Shown: positions 1 through 11,470 of the stretch, in pieces
Position numbering within the stretch: the stretch's first letter is position 1
Layout of the letters: every line of letters starts with the position of its first letter
Assembly (NCBI GenBank): GCA_964494475.1
Contig: CAZBRS010000003.1
Span: 3,035 to 67,034, forward strand
Length of the DNA stretch: 64,000 bases
Reading direction: 5' to 3'
Source of the DNA: an uncultured Myxococcales bacterium
Lineage (GTDB): Bacteria > Myxococcota_A > UBA9042 > CAZBRS01
Program-made: the position numbers and the translations under genes
Notes under the pieces: model-generated
Told to the model about the DNA's origin: nothing
Databases searched by the model: none
Seen by the model: only the letters and a program-made list of their open reading frames with translations

Positions 1-857
1 TCGGCCACGAGCACGGTGTCGTGCTCCTTGAAGAAGCGCGACAACGCGCCGATCTGGAACCAGATGGGGATGTTGTCCCACACCAGGCGGCGCTTCTCGT
101 TCTTCAGGAGGAACTGCCCGTTCCGGCGCCGCTCTTCGAGCTCGCGCTTCAGCTTGCGGAAGAACTCGGTCACGAACGCGTTCCCGCGCATGGACACGAT
201 GGGCATCATGAACACGAAGGCGTCGAACGACGAGAACAGCGACGGGCGCTCCAGGTTCAGCTCGAGCACCTCGGTCCAGGCGTCGACGTTCTCCTGCGCG
301 TTGCGGGCGGTCTCGCGCAGGCGCTTGTCGGTCAGGCGCGTGCCCACGATCTTTTCGGCCCAGGCCGCCATACCCTCGAGCTGCGCCTTGACGTAGGCCA
401 CCGTGTGGGGCTCGAGCCGATCGTGAATGACCGGCGTGTCGATCAGGTAGAAGGGCACGCCCTGCAGCTCGGCCGTGCGCTCGAACCACTTGGTCACGGT
501 GTTGCAGATGTTGTTGCAGGCCACCACCAGGTCGGGCTTGGGCATGCCGCCGAAGGGGATGGGGCTCTTGCCCCCCAGCTGGAAGCCGAGGTCGGCGCGG
601 GCGTACGAGCAGATCTCGGGGCTGTAGCCGGCCGCCTCGGAGCGCCGGTGCAGGTCGGGCGCCACCTTGCGCGCGCCGCAGATGGCGCCGTGGTTCTCGG
701 GGTAGATGGGCTTGACGCCCAGCGCCACCAGCACCTCGACCGGGGCCCCGCTCGTGACCCAGGCCACCTTCTTGCCGAAGTACCGCGTGACCTTCGGCAG
801 GAGGTAGTGGTTGCGCATCAGGACCTTGAGGTCGTCGTGGATGAGGAACTTCGGCAT
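1..857 (-). CDS. 2-hydroxyacyl-CoA dehydratase / benzoyl-CoA reductase-type subunit (HgdA/BcrB family), runs off the left edge
   Basis: Not in the ORF track. Hand translation from ATG at 857 (GGAGGGAAC upstream): MPKFLIHDDLKVLMRNHY...KVAWVTSGAPVEVL...PIYPENHGAICGARK...SPEICSYAR...CNNICNTVTKWF, typical of the family. Confidence 0.8.
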   Translation of the reverse strand, partial: MPKFLIHDDLKVLMRNHYLLPKVTRYFGKKVAWVTSGAPVEVLVALGVKPIYPENHGAICGARKVAPDLHRRSEAAGYSPEICSYARADLGFQLGGKSPIPFGGMPKPDLVVACNNICNTVTKWFERTAELQGVPFYLIDTPVIHDRLEPHTVAYVKAQLEGMAAWAEKIVGTRLTDKRLRETARNAQENVDAWTEVLELNLERPSLFSSFDAFVFMMPIVSMRGNAFVTEFFRKLKRELEERRRNGQFLLKNEKRRLVWDNIPIWFQIGALSRFFKEHDTVLVA

Positions 858-886
858 GTTCCCTCCGGGGGGAGGAGGCGCGCGGG

Positions 887-3748
887 TTACGGACAGACGA
901 CCGCCAGGCTCAGGTCGTCGACGTAGATGCCCTCGAGGGGCTGGGTGGGCGCGATCACCGCGTCGTACGAGAACAGCACGGTGACGGTACGACCCGCGAA
1001 GGCGGACGCGTCGACCGTGACCTCCTTCCAGGTCTTGTAGTCGGCCGGATCGATGGCGGTCTTGTCCCACACGACCGTGGCCACGTCGCCCGATACCAGC
1101 GAGATGGTGAACAGGTCGCGCGCCGGATCGCTCTCGATGTCGAGGTAGACCCAGAAGTGCAGGCTGGGGAACTGGCCCTCGGGCAGCGCGACCTCGGGGC
1201 CGGTGGCCGTCGAGGAGGGCGGGGTGGTCGAACCTCCGGGGATGATGCTGGCCCCGGGCATGTACGACGCCGTCGTCGACCCGCCCATGAGCGCGTCGAG
1301 GCCTACCGTGTTGCCGTAGTAGAGGGCGTGGGCGCCGCCATGGAAGCGGTAGTCGGGCATCGTGATGGGGAGGCCGATGCCGATGTCGATGGTGCCCCCG
1401 CTGGGCACCTGCCACGACTGGCCGCCCAATCCCATGCCGCCCGCGTCAGCCCCTACGAACGTCCACTCGGGGTAGGACGGACCGCTGAAGAGGTCGCCCG
1501 CGGTCACGTCTTCGAAGGCCTCGGCGTACGAGAACGGCTCACAGCAACCCGGCAGGCCCGAGCCCGCGTGCTTGCACCAGTTGGCCACGCAGGTGTCGGT
1601 CGTGCACTCGTCGGCGTCGTCGCACTCGCTGCTCTCGTGGCAGCAGTTCGGCACGGGCGAGAACGTGCACGTGCCGCCCTCGCCGCAGGCGCCCTTCTGG
1701 CAAACGTCGAGGCTGACGCAGTCGGAGGCGGCGGTGCAGCAGTCGGGCGCCAGGGTCGAGGCGAACACGCACGAGCCCACCACGCAGTGGTCGGTGGTGC
1801 ACACGTCGCCCTCGTCGGCGGGATCGTCGCACTCGGTGTCGAGGTGGCAGCAGTTCAGGATGTCGGTCGACGCGCAGAGGTGCGCCTCGCACGTCCAGGC
1901 CAGGCACCAATCGTCGGTGGCACAGTCGGCGGGCACGAGGCAGCAGCCCGGCTCGGCCGACTTGGCGTAGGCGCACTCGTGATCGACGCAGGTGTCGAGC
2001 GTGCAGACGTCGTCGCCGTCGTCGCACTCGTCGTCGACCAGGCAGCAGTCGGCCTTCTCGGTGAACACGCACTGGTGCTGGGTGCACTTGGCGTTCTTGC
2101 ACGCGTCGGGCACCACGCAGTCGGCGTCCTTCAGGCAGCAGTTGGGCTCGTCGGTGAGCGTGAAGACACACTTGCTGGCGGCGCAGGTGTCGGTGGTGCA
2201 GACGTCGTCGTTGTCGTCGCAGCCGTCGTCGTCCAGGCAGCAGCCCTGGATGGGGCTCTCGACGCAGGTGCAGTTCAGGCACTTGGCCTGCATGCAGGCG
2301 GTCGAGGCGGTGCACTCGCCGTCGGACTGGCAGCCGCCCTGCTTGGGCGTGAACACGCACACGTTGATGCTCGTGTCGCACGCATCGACGGTGCAGGCGT
2401 CGTTGTCGTTGCACTGACCGGGGCTCACGCAGCAGTTGGCGATGAAGCTCGACTGGCAGCCGTTGGCGCCGCACACGTCGGTGGTGCAGGCGTTGCCGTC
2501 GTCGCAGTCGGCCGCCGAGGAGCAACAGCCGGGCACCTTGTCGTAGGTGCAGGCGGCGCCGTTCACGCAGCGGTCGGTGGTGCAGACGTTGCTGTCGTTG
2601 CAGTCGCTGTCGAGGGTGCAACACGCCGTGGCCGGCATGTGCTGGCACGCGGCGTTGATGCAGTTGTCGATGGTGCAGGGGTTGGTGTCGGCGCAGTCGG
2701 CGTGGCTGGTGCAGCACGAGGGGTCGGTGGTCGCGTGGGAGCACACGTTGCTGTTGCAGGAGTCGGTCGTGCAGATGATCCCGTCGTCGCAGTCGGCGGC
2801 CTCTTCGCAGCACCCCGGCGCGTCGGAGACGGCCGACACGCACGTGTGGTTCTTGCAGGCGCCCGTCAGGCAGGGGTTCGACGCGGTGCACGCGGCGTCG
2901 GTGGCGCAGCAGGCCACGAGGGGCTTGGTGGGGTTCGTGCAGTGGCCGTCGGCGCACACGTCCTGGGTGCAGTAGTCGCCGTCGTCGCAGTGCACGTCCT
3001 TGGAGCACGCCTTGGTGGCCACGTGCTGGCACGTGAAGTTCTTGCACTGGTCGGTCGTGAAGTCCTTGGCGTCGTCGCAGTCGGTGTCCTTGCCGGCGCG
3101 GCAGCACCCGGCGGGCGGGTTGCCCGTGCTCCACACGTCGGTGTAGCTGCACTTCATGGACAGGCAGGCCTCCATGGTGCAGGGGTTCTGGTCGTCGCAG
3201 TCGGCGGTCGACGTGCAGGTGCAGTCGGCCTTGGTGCTGTCGATGGGGTGGAAGCACACGCCGTTCAGGCAGGCGTCGGCGGTGCAGTAGGTGAAGTCGT
3301 CGCAGTCGGCGTCGGTCACGCAGCAGTCGGTGCCGCTGCCCTCGTGCTCGCAGCCCGACTCGCCGCACTTGTCGGTGGTGCAGGCGTTGGCGTCGTCGCA
3401 GTCGAAGTCGATCTCGCAGCAGTCGGCGTTGGCCTTCTCGAACTTGCAGCGGTGATCGACGCACGTGTCGGTCGAGCACCCCGAGCCGTCGTCGCAGTCG
3501 CCGTCGACGGTACAGCAGATGGGGTCGGGCGCCACATCGAAGGCGCACGCGCCCTCGGCGCACCGGCCGATGAGGCAGTCGTTGGCCGGCAGGCAGTCGG
3601 TGTCGACGGTGCACTGCGCGGGCGCGACGTCGTCAGCCGCGTCGTCGGGCGCCACCGTGTCAGCGCCGCCTGACCCGCCGGAGCAGGCCGAAAGGGCCAC
3701 CAGGGCCAGGACCGAGAGCATGAGGGCGAAGAAGCGCGTACGCGTCAT
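887..3748 (-). CDS. Cys-rich secreted lipoprotein: about 20 CCxxxxDCDDxNxCTxDxC repeats plus a C-terminal beta-sandwich/jelly-roll domain
   Basis: Lipobox LALVALSA-C; tandem ~32-aa Cys repeats; C-terminal HALYYGN...W.EVTVDASAFAG...GIYVDD; GGAGG RBS. Confidence 0.85.
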   Translation of the reverse strand: MTRTRFFALMLSVLALVALSACSGGSGGADTVAPDDAADDVAPAQCTVDTDCLPANDCLIGRCAEGACAFDVAPDPICCTVDGDCDDGSGCSTDTCVDHRCKFEKANADCCEIDFDCDDANACTTDKCGESGCEHEGSGTDCCVTDADCDDFTYCTADACLNGVCFHPIDSTKADCTCTSTADCDDQNPCTMEACLSMKCSYTDVWSTGNPPAGCCRAGKDTDCDDAKDFTTDQCKNFTCQHVATKACSKDVHCDDGDYCTQDVCADGHCTNPTKPLVACCATDAACTASNPCLTGACKNHTCVSAVSDAPGCCEEAADCDDGIICTTDSCNSNVCSHATTDPSCCTSHADCADTNPCTIDNCINAACQHMPATACCTLDSDCNDSNVCTTDRCVNGAACTYDKVPGCCSSAADCDDGNACTTDVCGANGCQSSFIANCCVSPGQCNDNDACTVDACDTSINVCVFTPKQGGCQSDGECTASTACMQAKCLNCTCVESPIQGCCLDDDGCDDNDDVCTTDTCAASKCVFTLTDEPNCCLKDADCVVPDACKNAKCTQHQCVFTEKADCCLVDDECDDGDDVCTLDTCVDHECAYAKSAEPGCCLVPADCATDDWCLAWTCEAHLCASTDILNCCHLDTECDDPADEGDVCTTDHCVVGSCVFASTLAPDCCTAASDCVSLDVCQKGACGEGGTCTFSPVPNCCHESSECDDADECTTDTCVANWCKHAGSGLPGCCEPFSYAEAFEDVTAGDLFSGPSYPEWTFVGADAGGMGLGGQSWQVPSGGTIDIGIGLPITMPDYRFHGGAHALYYGNTVGLDALMGGSTTASYMPGASIIPGGSTTPPSSTATGPEVALPEGQFPSLHFWVYLDIESDPARDLFTISLVSGDVATVVWDKTAIDPADYKTWKEVTVDASAFAGRTVTVLFSYDAVIAPTQPLEGIYVDDLSLAVVCP

Positions 3749-3774
3749 GGGGAGCCTCCGCTTGCGTCGGAGGG

Positions 3775-3803
3775 AATATAGAGGAAAAGGTGGGGCGCTA
3801 CAA
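3775..3803 (-). promoter_or_regulatory. Putative sigma70 promoter for the 953-aa lipoprotein
   Basis: Minus strand TTGTAG-N17-TATATT; the -35 is made of the last codon and stop of the upstream ATPase gene. Confidence 0.45.
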
Positions 3804-5195
3804 GGTGAAGGGGACGGTCGTGTCCAGACGGAAGAGGGCCACCGGGAGGGGCTCGACAGGCAGGCCCTGCAGGACCGACGGCCGCCGCGTCCGGGCCCAG
3901 ACGCGGCCGTTGGGGTAGGTCGCGACTTGGGCCAGATCCTTGGCTCGAAGCTGCGTCGTCCACTTCACCTCGACCGGGTCGAAGCCGCCGTTACGCACCA
4001 GCGCCACGTCGACCTCGCCCCTGGCCTTGATGTAGAACGTTGGTCCGTGCCGTCGAAAGTGCGTGACGACCGCGGCTTCGACCAGGCGCGAGGTCCACTC
4101 GGGGTCCGACGCCAGGCGGCGCCTCGCGTTCTCGAAGGGGTGAGCGTCGTTCGAGAGCCAGGCGTCGACGGCGTGGTGGATGAACGGGTCGGCGAACATG
4201 ACCTTGCGCGCCTTCTTGGGCGCGGCCGAGAGGGTGTGCTCGACGAGCGCGGGCTGCACGAACACGGCCTCCATGGAAGCGAGCAGGTCGACGTAATCGG
4301 CCACCGTGGTCGGGTGGTCGATCGATAGATCCTGCGCCAGCGCGTTCCAGGTGATCTGGCTGCCCAACCGGTCGCGGATGGCGCCCAGCACTTCGCGCAG
4401 GTAGCGCTCGCTCTTGCCCCGCTTCAACACGTCGCCGCGGATCCAGTCGCTGTAGGTGCGGTACGTGGCTGGTTGGATGGTCCCGGCGCCGGCGAGATCG
4501 TTCATGGCGGTGAGGAAGCCGCCGTGCAGCAGGTAGGCGTCGAACGCCCCGAACAAGCGCTCGACCAACCCCTCGGAGCACGCCTCGACGTCGCGGTCGA
4601 GTTGCAGGGCCTCCGGGGCGTCGACGCCGTGGGCCAGCAGGGCGGCCTCACGGAACGAGAGCGGATGGAGCGTGAAGTCGACCTGCTCGGCCACGCCCCG
4701 ACGCCCCGGCAACCGCGCGCGCGCATCGCGGATGACCACGGTGTCGGACCCGGTGAGCACTAGGCAAACCTGTTCGAGGAGCCCGGCGTCGGCCAGGAAC
4801 TTCACGCCCCGGTCCCAGTCGCGAACGTACGTCACCTCGTCGACGATGATCGTGAGCGGTTCGCGATCGCGTCGGACGGCGGCGAGATCCTGCACGATGC
4901 GCACGAGCGCGTGGTGGTCGTCGATCAACTCGCCCGTCAGGAACGCGAGGCGCGACGGCGCGACGCCCCGATCGAGCAGATCCACCATCCACTGCTTCAA
5001 GAGCGTGGTCTTGCCGACCTGCCGACCGCCGCAGAGCGTGAAGATGCCCTCGCGCTCCACCGGAAGCCGGGCCAGCAGGGGCGAACGGTACGGCAGGGGG
5101 AGCATCGCCAACCGGCGCAAGTGCGGATCGTGGGAACGAAACAGCGCGGGGTCGCTCTGGTGCAGGTTGTGGACCTCGAAGCGCGGGTCGAGCAT
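3798..5195 (-). CDS. COG1373-type AAA+ ATPase (AAA_14 + DUF4143) with C-terminal PD-(D/E)XK-like motif
   Basis: Walker A GGRQVGKT, Walker B IIVDE, LTGS, LPGR, KKARKVMFADP, EVDVAL...VEVKW; start placed at ATG 5195 (GGAGG RBS) instead of 5225. Confidence 0.88.
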   Translation of the reverse strand: MLDPRFEVHNLHQSDPALFRSHDPHLRRLAMLPLPYRSPLLARLPVEREGIFTLCGGRQVGKTTLLKQWMVDLLDRGVAPSRLAFLTGELIDDHHALVRIVQDLAAVRRDREPLTIIVDEVTYVRDWDRGVKFLADAGLLEQVCLVLTGSDTVVIRDARARLPGRRGVAEQVDFTLHPLSFREAALLAHGVDAPEALQLDRDVEACSEGLVERLFGAFDAYLLHGGFLTAMNDLAGAGTIQPATYRTYSDWIRGDVLKRGKSERYLREVLGAIRDRLGSQITWNALAQDLSIDHPTTVADYVDLLASMEAVFVQPALVEHTLSAAPKKARKVMFADPFIHHAVDAWLSNDAHPFENARRRLASDPEWTSRLVEAAVVTHFRRHGPTFYIKARGEVDVALVRNGGFDPVEVKWTTQLRAKDLAQVATYPNGRVWARTRRPSVLQGLPVEPLPVALFRLDTTVPFTL

Positions 5196-5217
5196 GGGGC
5201 CTCCGCGAGGATAGAGG

Positions 5218-5249
5218 ATGGCCATTGACTAAATTTAGTCAGTGGCCAT
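5218..5249. promoter_or_regulatory. 32-bp near-perfect palindrome, candidate operator upstream of the ATPase
   Basis: ATGGCCATTGACTAAATTTAGTCAGTGGCCAT, one mismatched pair. Confidence 0.6.
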
Positions 5250-5266
5250 GGATCAAGTAGCACGAT

Positions 5267-5640
5267 CTACGGTGCTTGAACAGCCCGAACCAACTCCCGC
5301 GCATCGACGAACCGCACCTCGTGGCCGTCGAGGTCACGCGAGAACGGCGGGATCGCGTCGTGGCAGACAACGAACGACGGGCCCTCGGGGTAGCGACGCC
5401 GGAAGGCAGCGAGGCCGCGCAGGCTGACGTCGCCGGCCGACCACTTGCACTCGATGGCGATGGGCGGGAGGCCCCGTGGGACCAACACGAAGTCGACCTC
5501 GTGCCCGTTCTTGTCGCGCCACGTACGAACGTCGCGGTGCTGCAGAGCGGCGTGCAACTCGTTCAGCACCAAGTGCTCCCACAACGAACCGAGATCCTCC
5601 GGGCGAAGCTCGCGCCAGCCGCGGTGCGCGCACACGCCCG
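5267..5640 (-). pseudogene. Truncated COG1373 ATPase remnant (C-terminal DUF4143/nuclease part only)
   Basis: VCAHRGWRELRPEDLGSLWEH...WRDKNGHEVDFVL...AIECKW; no Walker A or B; N-terminal two-thirds absent. Confidence 0.75.
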
Positions 5641-5654
5641 AGGAGGCCGGCCGC

Positions 5655-5726
5655 CAAGACCAAACGCAAGTAGTTTTGCGTTTGGTACGACCAAATGAAA
5701 GCACAGTGGCATTGGGTCTGGTCTTG
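5655..5726. promoter_or_regulatory. Nested inverted repeats upstream of the ATPase remnant
   Basis: ACCAAACGCAA-N6-TTGCGTTTGGT (5659-5686); GACCAAATG/CATTGGGTC (5689-5718); outer CAAGACCA/TGGTCTTG. Confidence 0.55.
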
Positions 5727-5737
5727 CGCATCCCGGC

Positions 5738-6526
5738 CTACCCCAGGATGGCGGGGTCCAGATCGACCCCCACCGGGCAATGGTCCGAGCCCAGCACCTC
5801 GGGCAGGATGAAGGCGTCCTTCACGTACGGCAGCGCGCCGGGCGAGGCGTAGACGTAGTCGATGCGCCAGCCCACGTTCTTGGCGCGCGCCTTGAACATC
5901 TGGCTCCACCAACTGTAGGCGTCGGGCACGTCGCCCTTCACGTGGCGGAAGGTGTCGGTCCAGCCCAGAGCCAGCACGCGGTCCAGCTCGGCGCGCTCGA
6001 CGGGGAGGAACCCGGAGGTGCCCTCGTTGGCCTTGGGCCGGGCCAGGTCGATGGGGCGGTGGGCGGTGTTGTAGTCGCCCATCACGAGGATGGGCTCGCC
6101 GGCCGCGCGGGCGGGCTCGAGGCGGTCGAAGAGGGCGCGGTAGAACTCGAGCTTGTAGGGCACGCGGCCGTTGTCGCGCTCCTTGCCGCTGCCGTTGGGG
6201 AAGTACACGTTGGCGACGGTGAGGCGGCCCCAGCGCGCGATCTCGACGCGCCCCTCGACGTCGAAGGCGGGGCGACCGAGGGAGGTCTCGACCGATTCGG
6301 GGGCGGTCTTCGACCACAGCATCACGCCCGAGTAGCCCTGGCGCTCGGCGGCCACCAGGTGCGTGTGCCACCCTTCGGGCGCGATCACGGTCGCGGGCAG
6401 CTCGCGGGCGGGCGAACGCACCTCCTGCAGGCCGACGATGTCGGCGCCGGAAGCAGCCAGCCAGTCGAGGAAGCCCTTCTTCAAGCAGGCCCGCAGGCCG
6501 TTCACGTTCCAGCTGATCACGCGCAT
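5738..6526 (-). CDS. xth: Exodeoxyribonuclease III (AP endonuclease)
   Basis: SWNVNG, GLQE, NVYFPNG, GDYN, GWRIDY, GSDHCP motifs; AAGGAG RBS. Confidence 0.95.
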   Translation of the reverse strand: MRVISWNVNGLRACLKKGFLDWLAASGADIVGLQEVRSPARELPATVIAPEGWHTHLVAAERQGYSGVMLWSKTAPESVETSLGRPAFDVEGRVEIARWGRLTVANVYFPNGSGKERDNGRVPYKLEFYRALFDRLEPARAAGEPILVMGDYNTAHRPIDLARPKANEGTSGFLPVERAELDRVLALGWTDTFRHVKGDVPDAYSWWSQMFKARAKNVGWRIDYVYASPGALPYVKDAFILPEVLGSDHCPVGVDLDPAILG

Positions 6527-6553
6527 GGTGGACTCCTTCGGGCGATAACGCCT

Positions 6554-7960
6554 TTACTCCGGCAGCGACGCCAGGAACCAGGCCGCGGGGATGACGGCCA
6601 CGTCGCCGTCTCGATCGTAGGCCCAGGTCTTCTTCGAGACCACGATCCCGCCGCCGGTGCGCTTCAACACGCGCTTGTCGCCCGAGGTGATCTGCTCCTG
6701 GTACTTCACCTCGACGCGCACCTGCCGTCCGCCGGCCTCGACGCCGATCAGGTCGATTTCGCCGTCGCCACGCCAGTGGTAGAGCTCGGCGAAGCGCGGG
6801 TAGAGTTGGCCGGCGAGCGTGGACTCCACCAGCCGGCCCCTCGCGACGGGGTCCAGCAGCGACGCAGCTGCCACGGATTGAGGTTCGGGGTGCCCTCCCA
6901 CCCAGGCCGTGAAGACGTGCCGGAAGAACGGGTCGCGGAAGTGCAGCTTGCGGGGCTTGCGGGGCGCTGGCGCCGAGCTGCCGAGGTGCGTGGGCTGGTG
7001 GAGGACGGCGAGCACGTAGCAACGCTCGAGCAGATCGAGGTAGTCGGCCAGGGTGGCGCGACTCCCGACGGAGGTGCGTTCGGAGAGCCCCTGCCAGTCG
7101 ATCGATTCCCCGCCCAGGGCCACGACGGCCCTCAGCAGCTCGCGGAGCAGCGTCTCGCTCTTTCCGGCTCGCAGCAGGTCCCCCACGACCGCCTGTCGGT
7201 ATACCGCGGCCGACGTGGACGACAAGACGCCGTCGGCCACGACCTCCTGGAAGGCGATGGGCATCCCTCCGCACAGCAGAAACGTCTCGAACGCTTCCGC
7301 GGCGCGCGGGAACCGCAATTGGTTCTCTTCAGCCGACTGGAAGAGCCCGGAGGGCGTCCAGTCCGCGGATGGATGGCACGAGAGGCCGGGCTGGAGCGCC
7401 GCGAGCACGTCGCGGAATCCGAACGGGCCCATCTCGAGGTCGGAGGTCGCTTCGACGTCGCCGCGCCGCCCGGGGAGCAACTCGTGACCCTTGCGAAGAT
7501 CGATCGAGTGCGATCCGGTGACGACCACGGTCGTGTGCTCGAGCAGCCCGAGATCGAAGGCAGCCTTCAGACCGAGCGCCCAGTCGGCGCAGAACGTGAT
7601 CTCGTCGAGCAGCAGCACGACCCGCGATCCACGCGGGTGCCGTTCGACGCACGTTCGGACCAGGTCGAGCAGGTCGCGGTGCGAGCGCACGTCGCCCACG
7701 TCGAGCGCGAAGTAGACGAGCTGACGCGCCGACGGCAGCGTGGGCAACAACTCGCGGACCTTGCGCTTCAGGAGCGTGGTCTTGCCGATCTGACGCGGCC
7801 CGCGCAGGACGTAGATACCCGTTCGCCCCAGGTCGAGGGCCGCCTCGACGGGATGGCAGAGACGCACGGGAAGTGCCTCGAAGCGCGCGAGGTGGGGGTC
7901 AGTTGCGACGTCACCCTGAGTCCACCAGGGGCTCTGCTCGACGATCCTCGTAAGCTCCAT
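6554..7960 (-). CDS. COG1373-type AAA+ ATPase (AAA_14 + DUF4143)
   Basis: Real gene is only the C-terminal 468 aa of the 2934-aa ORF, from MELTRIVEQSPWW; GPRQIGKT, LLLDE, VTGS, LPGR, RKLHFRDP, EIDLI...VEVKY. Confidence 0.88.
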   Translation of the reverse strand: MELTRIVEQSPWWTQGDVATDPHLARFEALPVRLCHPVEAALDLGRTGIYVLRGPRQIGKTTLLKRKVRELLPTLPSARQLVYFALDVGDVRSHRDLLDLVRTCVERHPRGSRVVLLLDEITFCADWALGLKAAFDLGLLEHTTVVVTGSHSIDLRKGHELLPGRRGDVEATSDLEMGPFGFRDVLAALQPGLSCHPSADWTPSGLFQSAEENQLRFPRAAEAFETFLLCGGMPIAFQEVVADGVLSSTSAAVYRQAVVGDLLRAGKSETLLRELLRAVVALGGESIDWQGLSERTSVGSRATLADYLDLLERCYVLAVLHQPTHLGSSAPAPRKPRKLHFRDPFFRHVFTAWVGGHPEPQSVAAASLLDPVARGRLVESTLAGQLYPRFAELYHWRGDGEIDLIGVEAGGRQVRVEVKYQEQITSGDKRVLKRTGGGIVVSKKTWAYDRDGDVAVIPAAWFLASLPE

Positions 7961-7990
7961 GTCGTCACGCGTACTTTCTACGTCGACGCG

Positions 7991-8019
7991 ATCGTACGTT
8001 AGAAGGCTGCTAACGTCAA
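7991..8019 (-). promoter_or_regulatory. sigma70 promoter with an embedded palindrome (candidate operator)
   Basis: TTGACG-N17-TACGAT; ACGTTAG-N7-CTAACGT (7996-8016) fills the spacer. Confidence 0.6.
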
Positions 8020-8103
8020 CGAACCTCCGTTGGCTGACGCGAAACGCCCAATGATGCCCCCTTCGCGGACTCGTCGCGACGCGCGGTGCGACGCTCCTAT
8101 AGC

Positions 8104-8132
8104 TTGAATCATCGGCGTCATTGCAGTACATT
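8104..8132 (+). promoter_or_regulatory. Putative sigma70 promoter of valS
   Basis: TTGAAT-N17-TACATT. Confidence 0.5.
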
Positions 8133-8164
8133 GCGCCCCTCGCGCAGCACCGTTGGAGGCACGC

Positions 8165-11374
<3,210 letters not shown>

Positions 11375-11405
11375 TCCCGCCCCTCTCCGGCACTCGTTCA
11401 GGGTG

Positions 11406-11434
11406 TTGAAATCCCCCCGCGATCCGGCTAGTTT
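11406..11434 (+). promoter_or_regulatory. Putative sigma70 promoter
   Basis: TTGAAA-N17-TAGTTT upstream of the 1201-aa gene. Confidence 0.45.
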
Positions 11435-11470
11435 CCGAGCCATGCTCATTCGACCGGTTCGGGAGAAGCC

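Noticed and set aside
1540-3620. Recurring GTCGTCGCAGTCG-type repeats as a CRISPR or DNA repeat array
   Set aside because: They encode CDD/DCDD protein repeats, vary at synonymous positions and have no constant repeat-spacer structure; no cas genes are present
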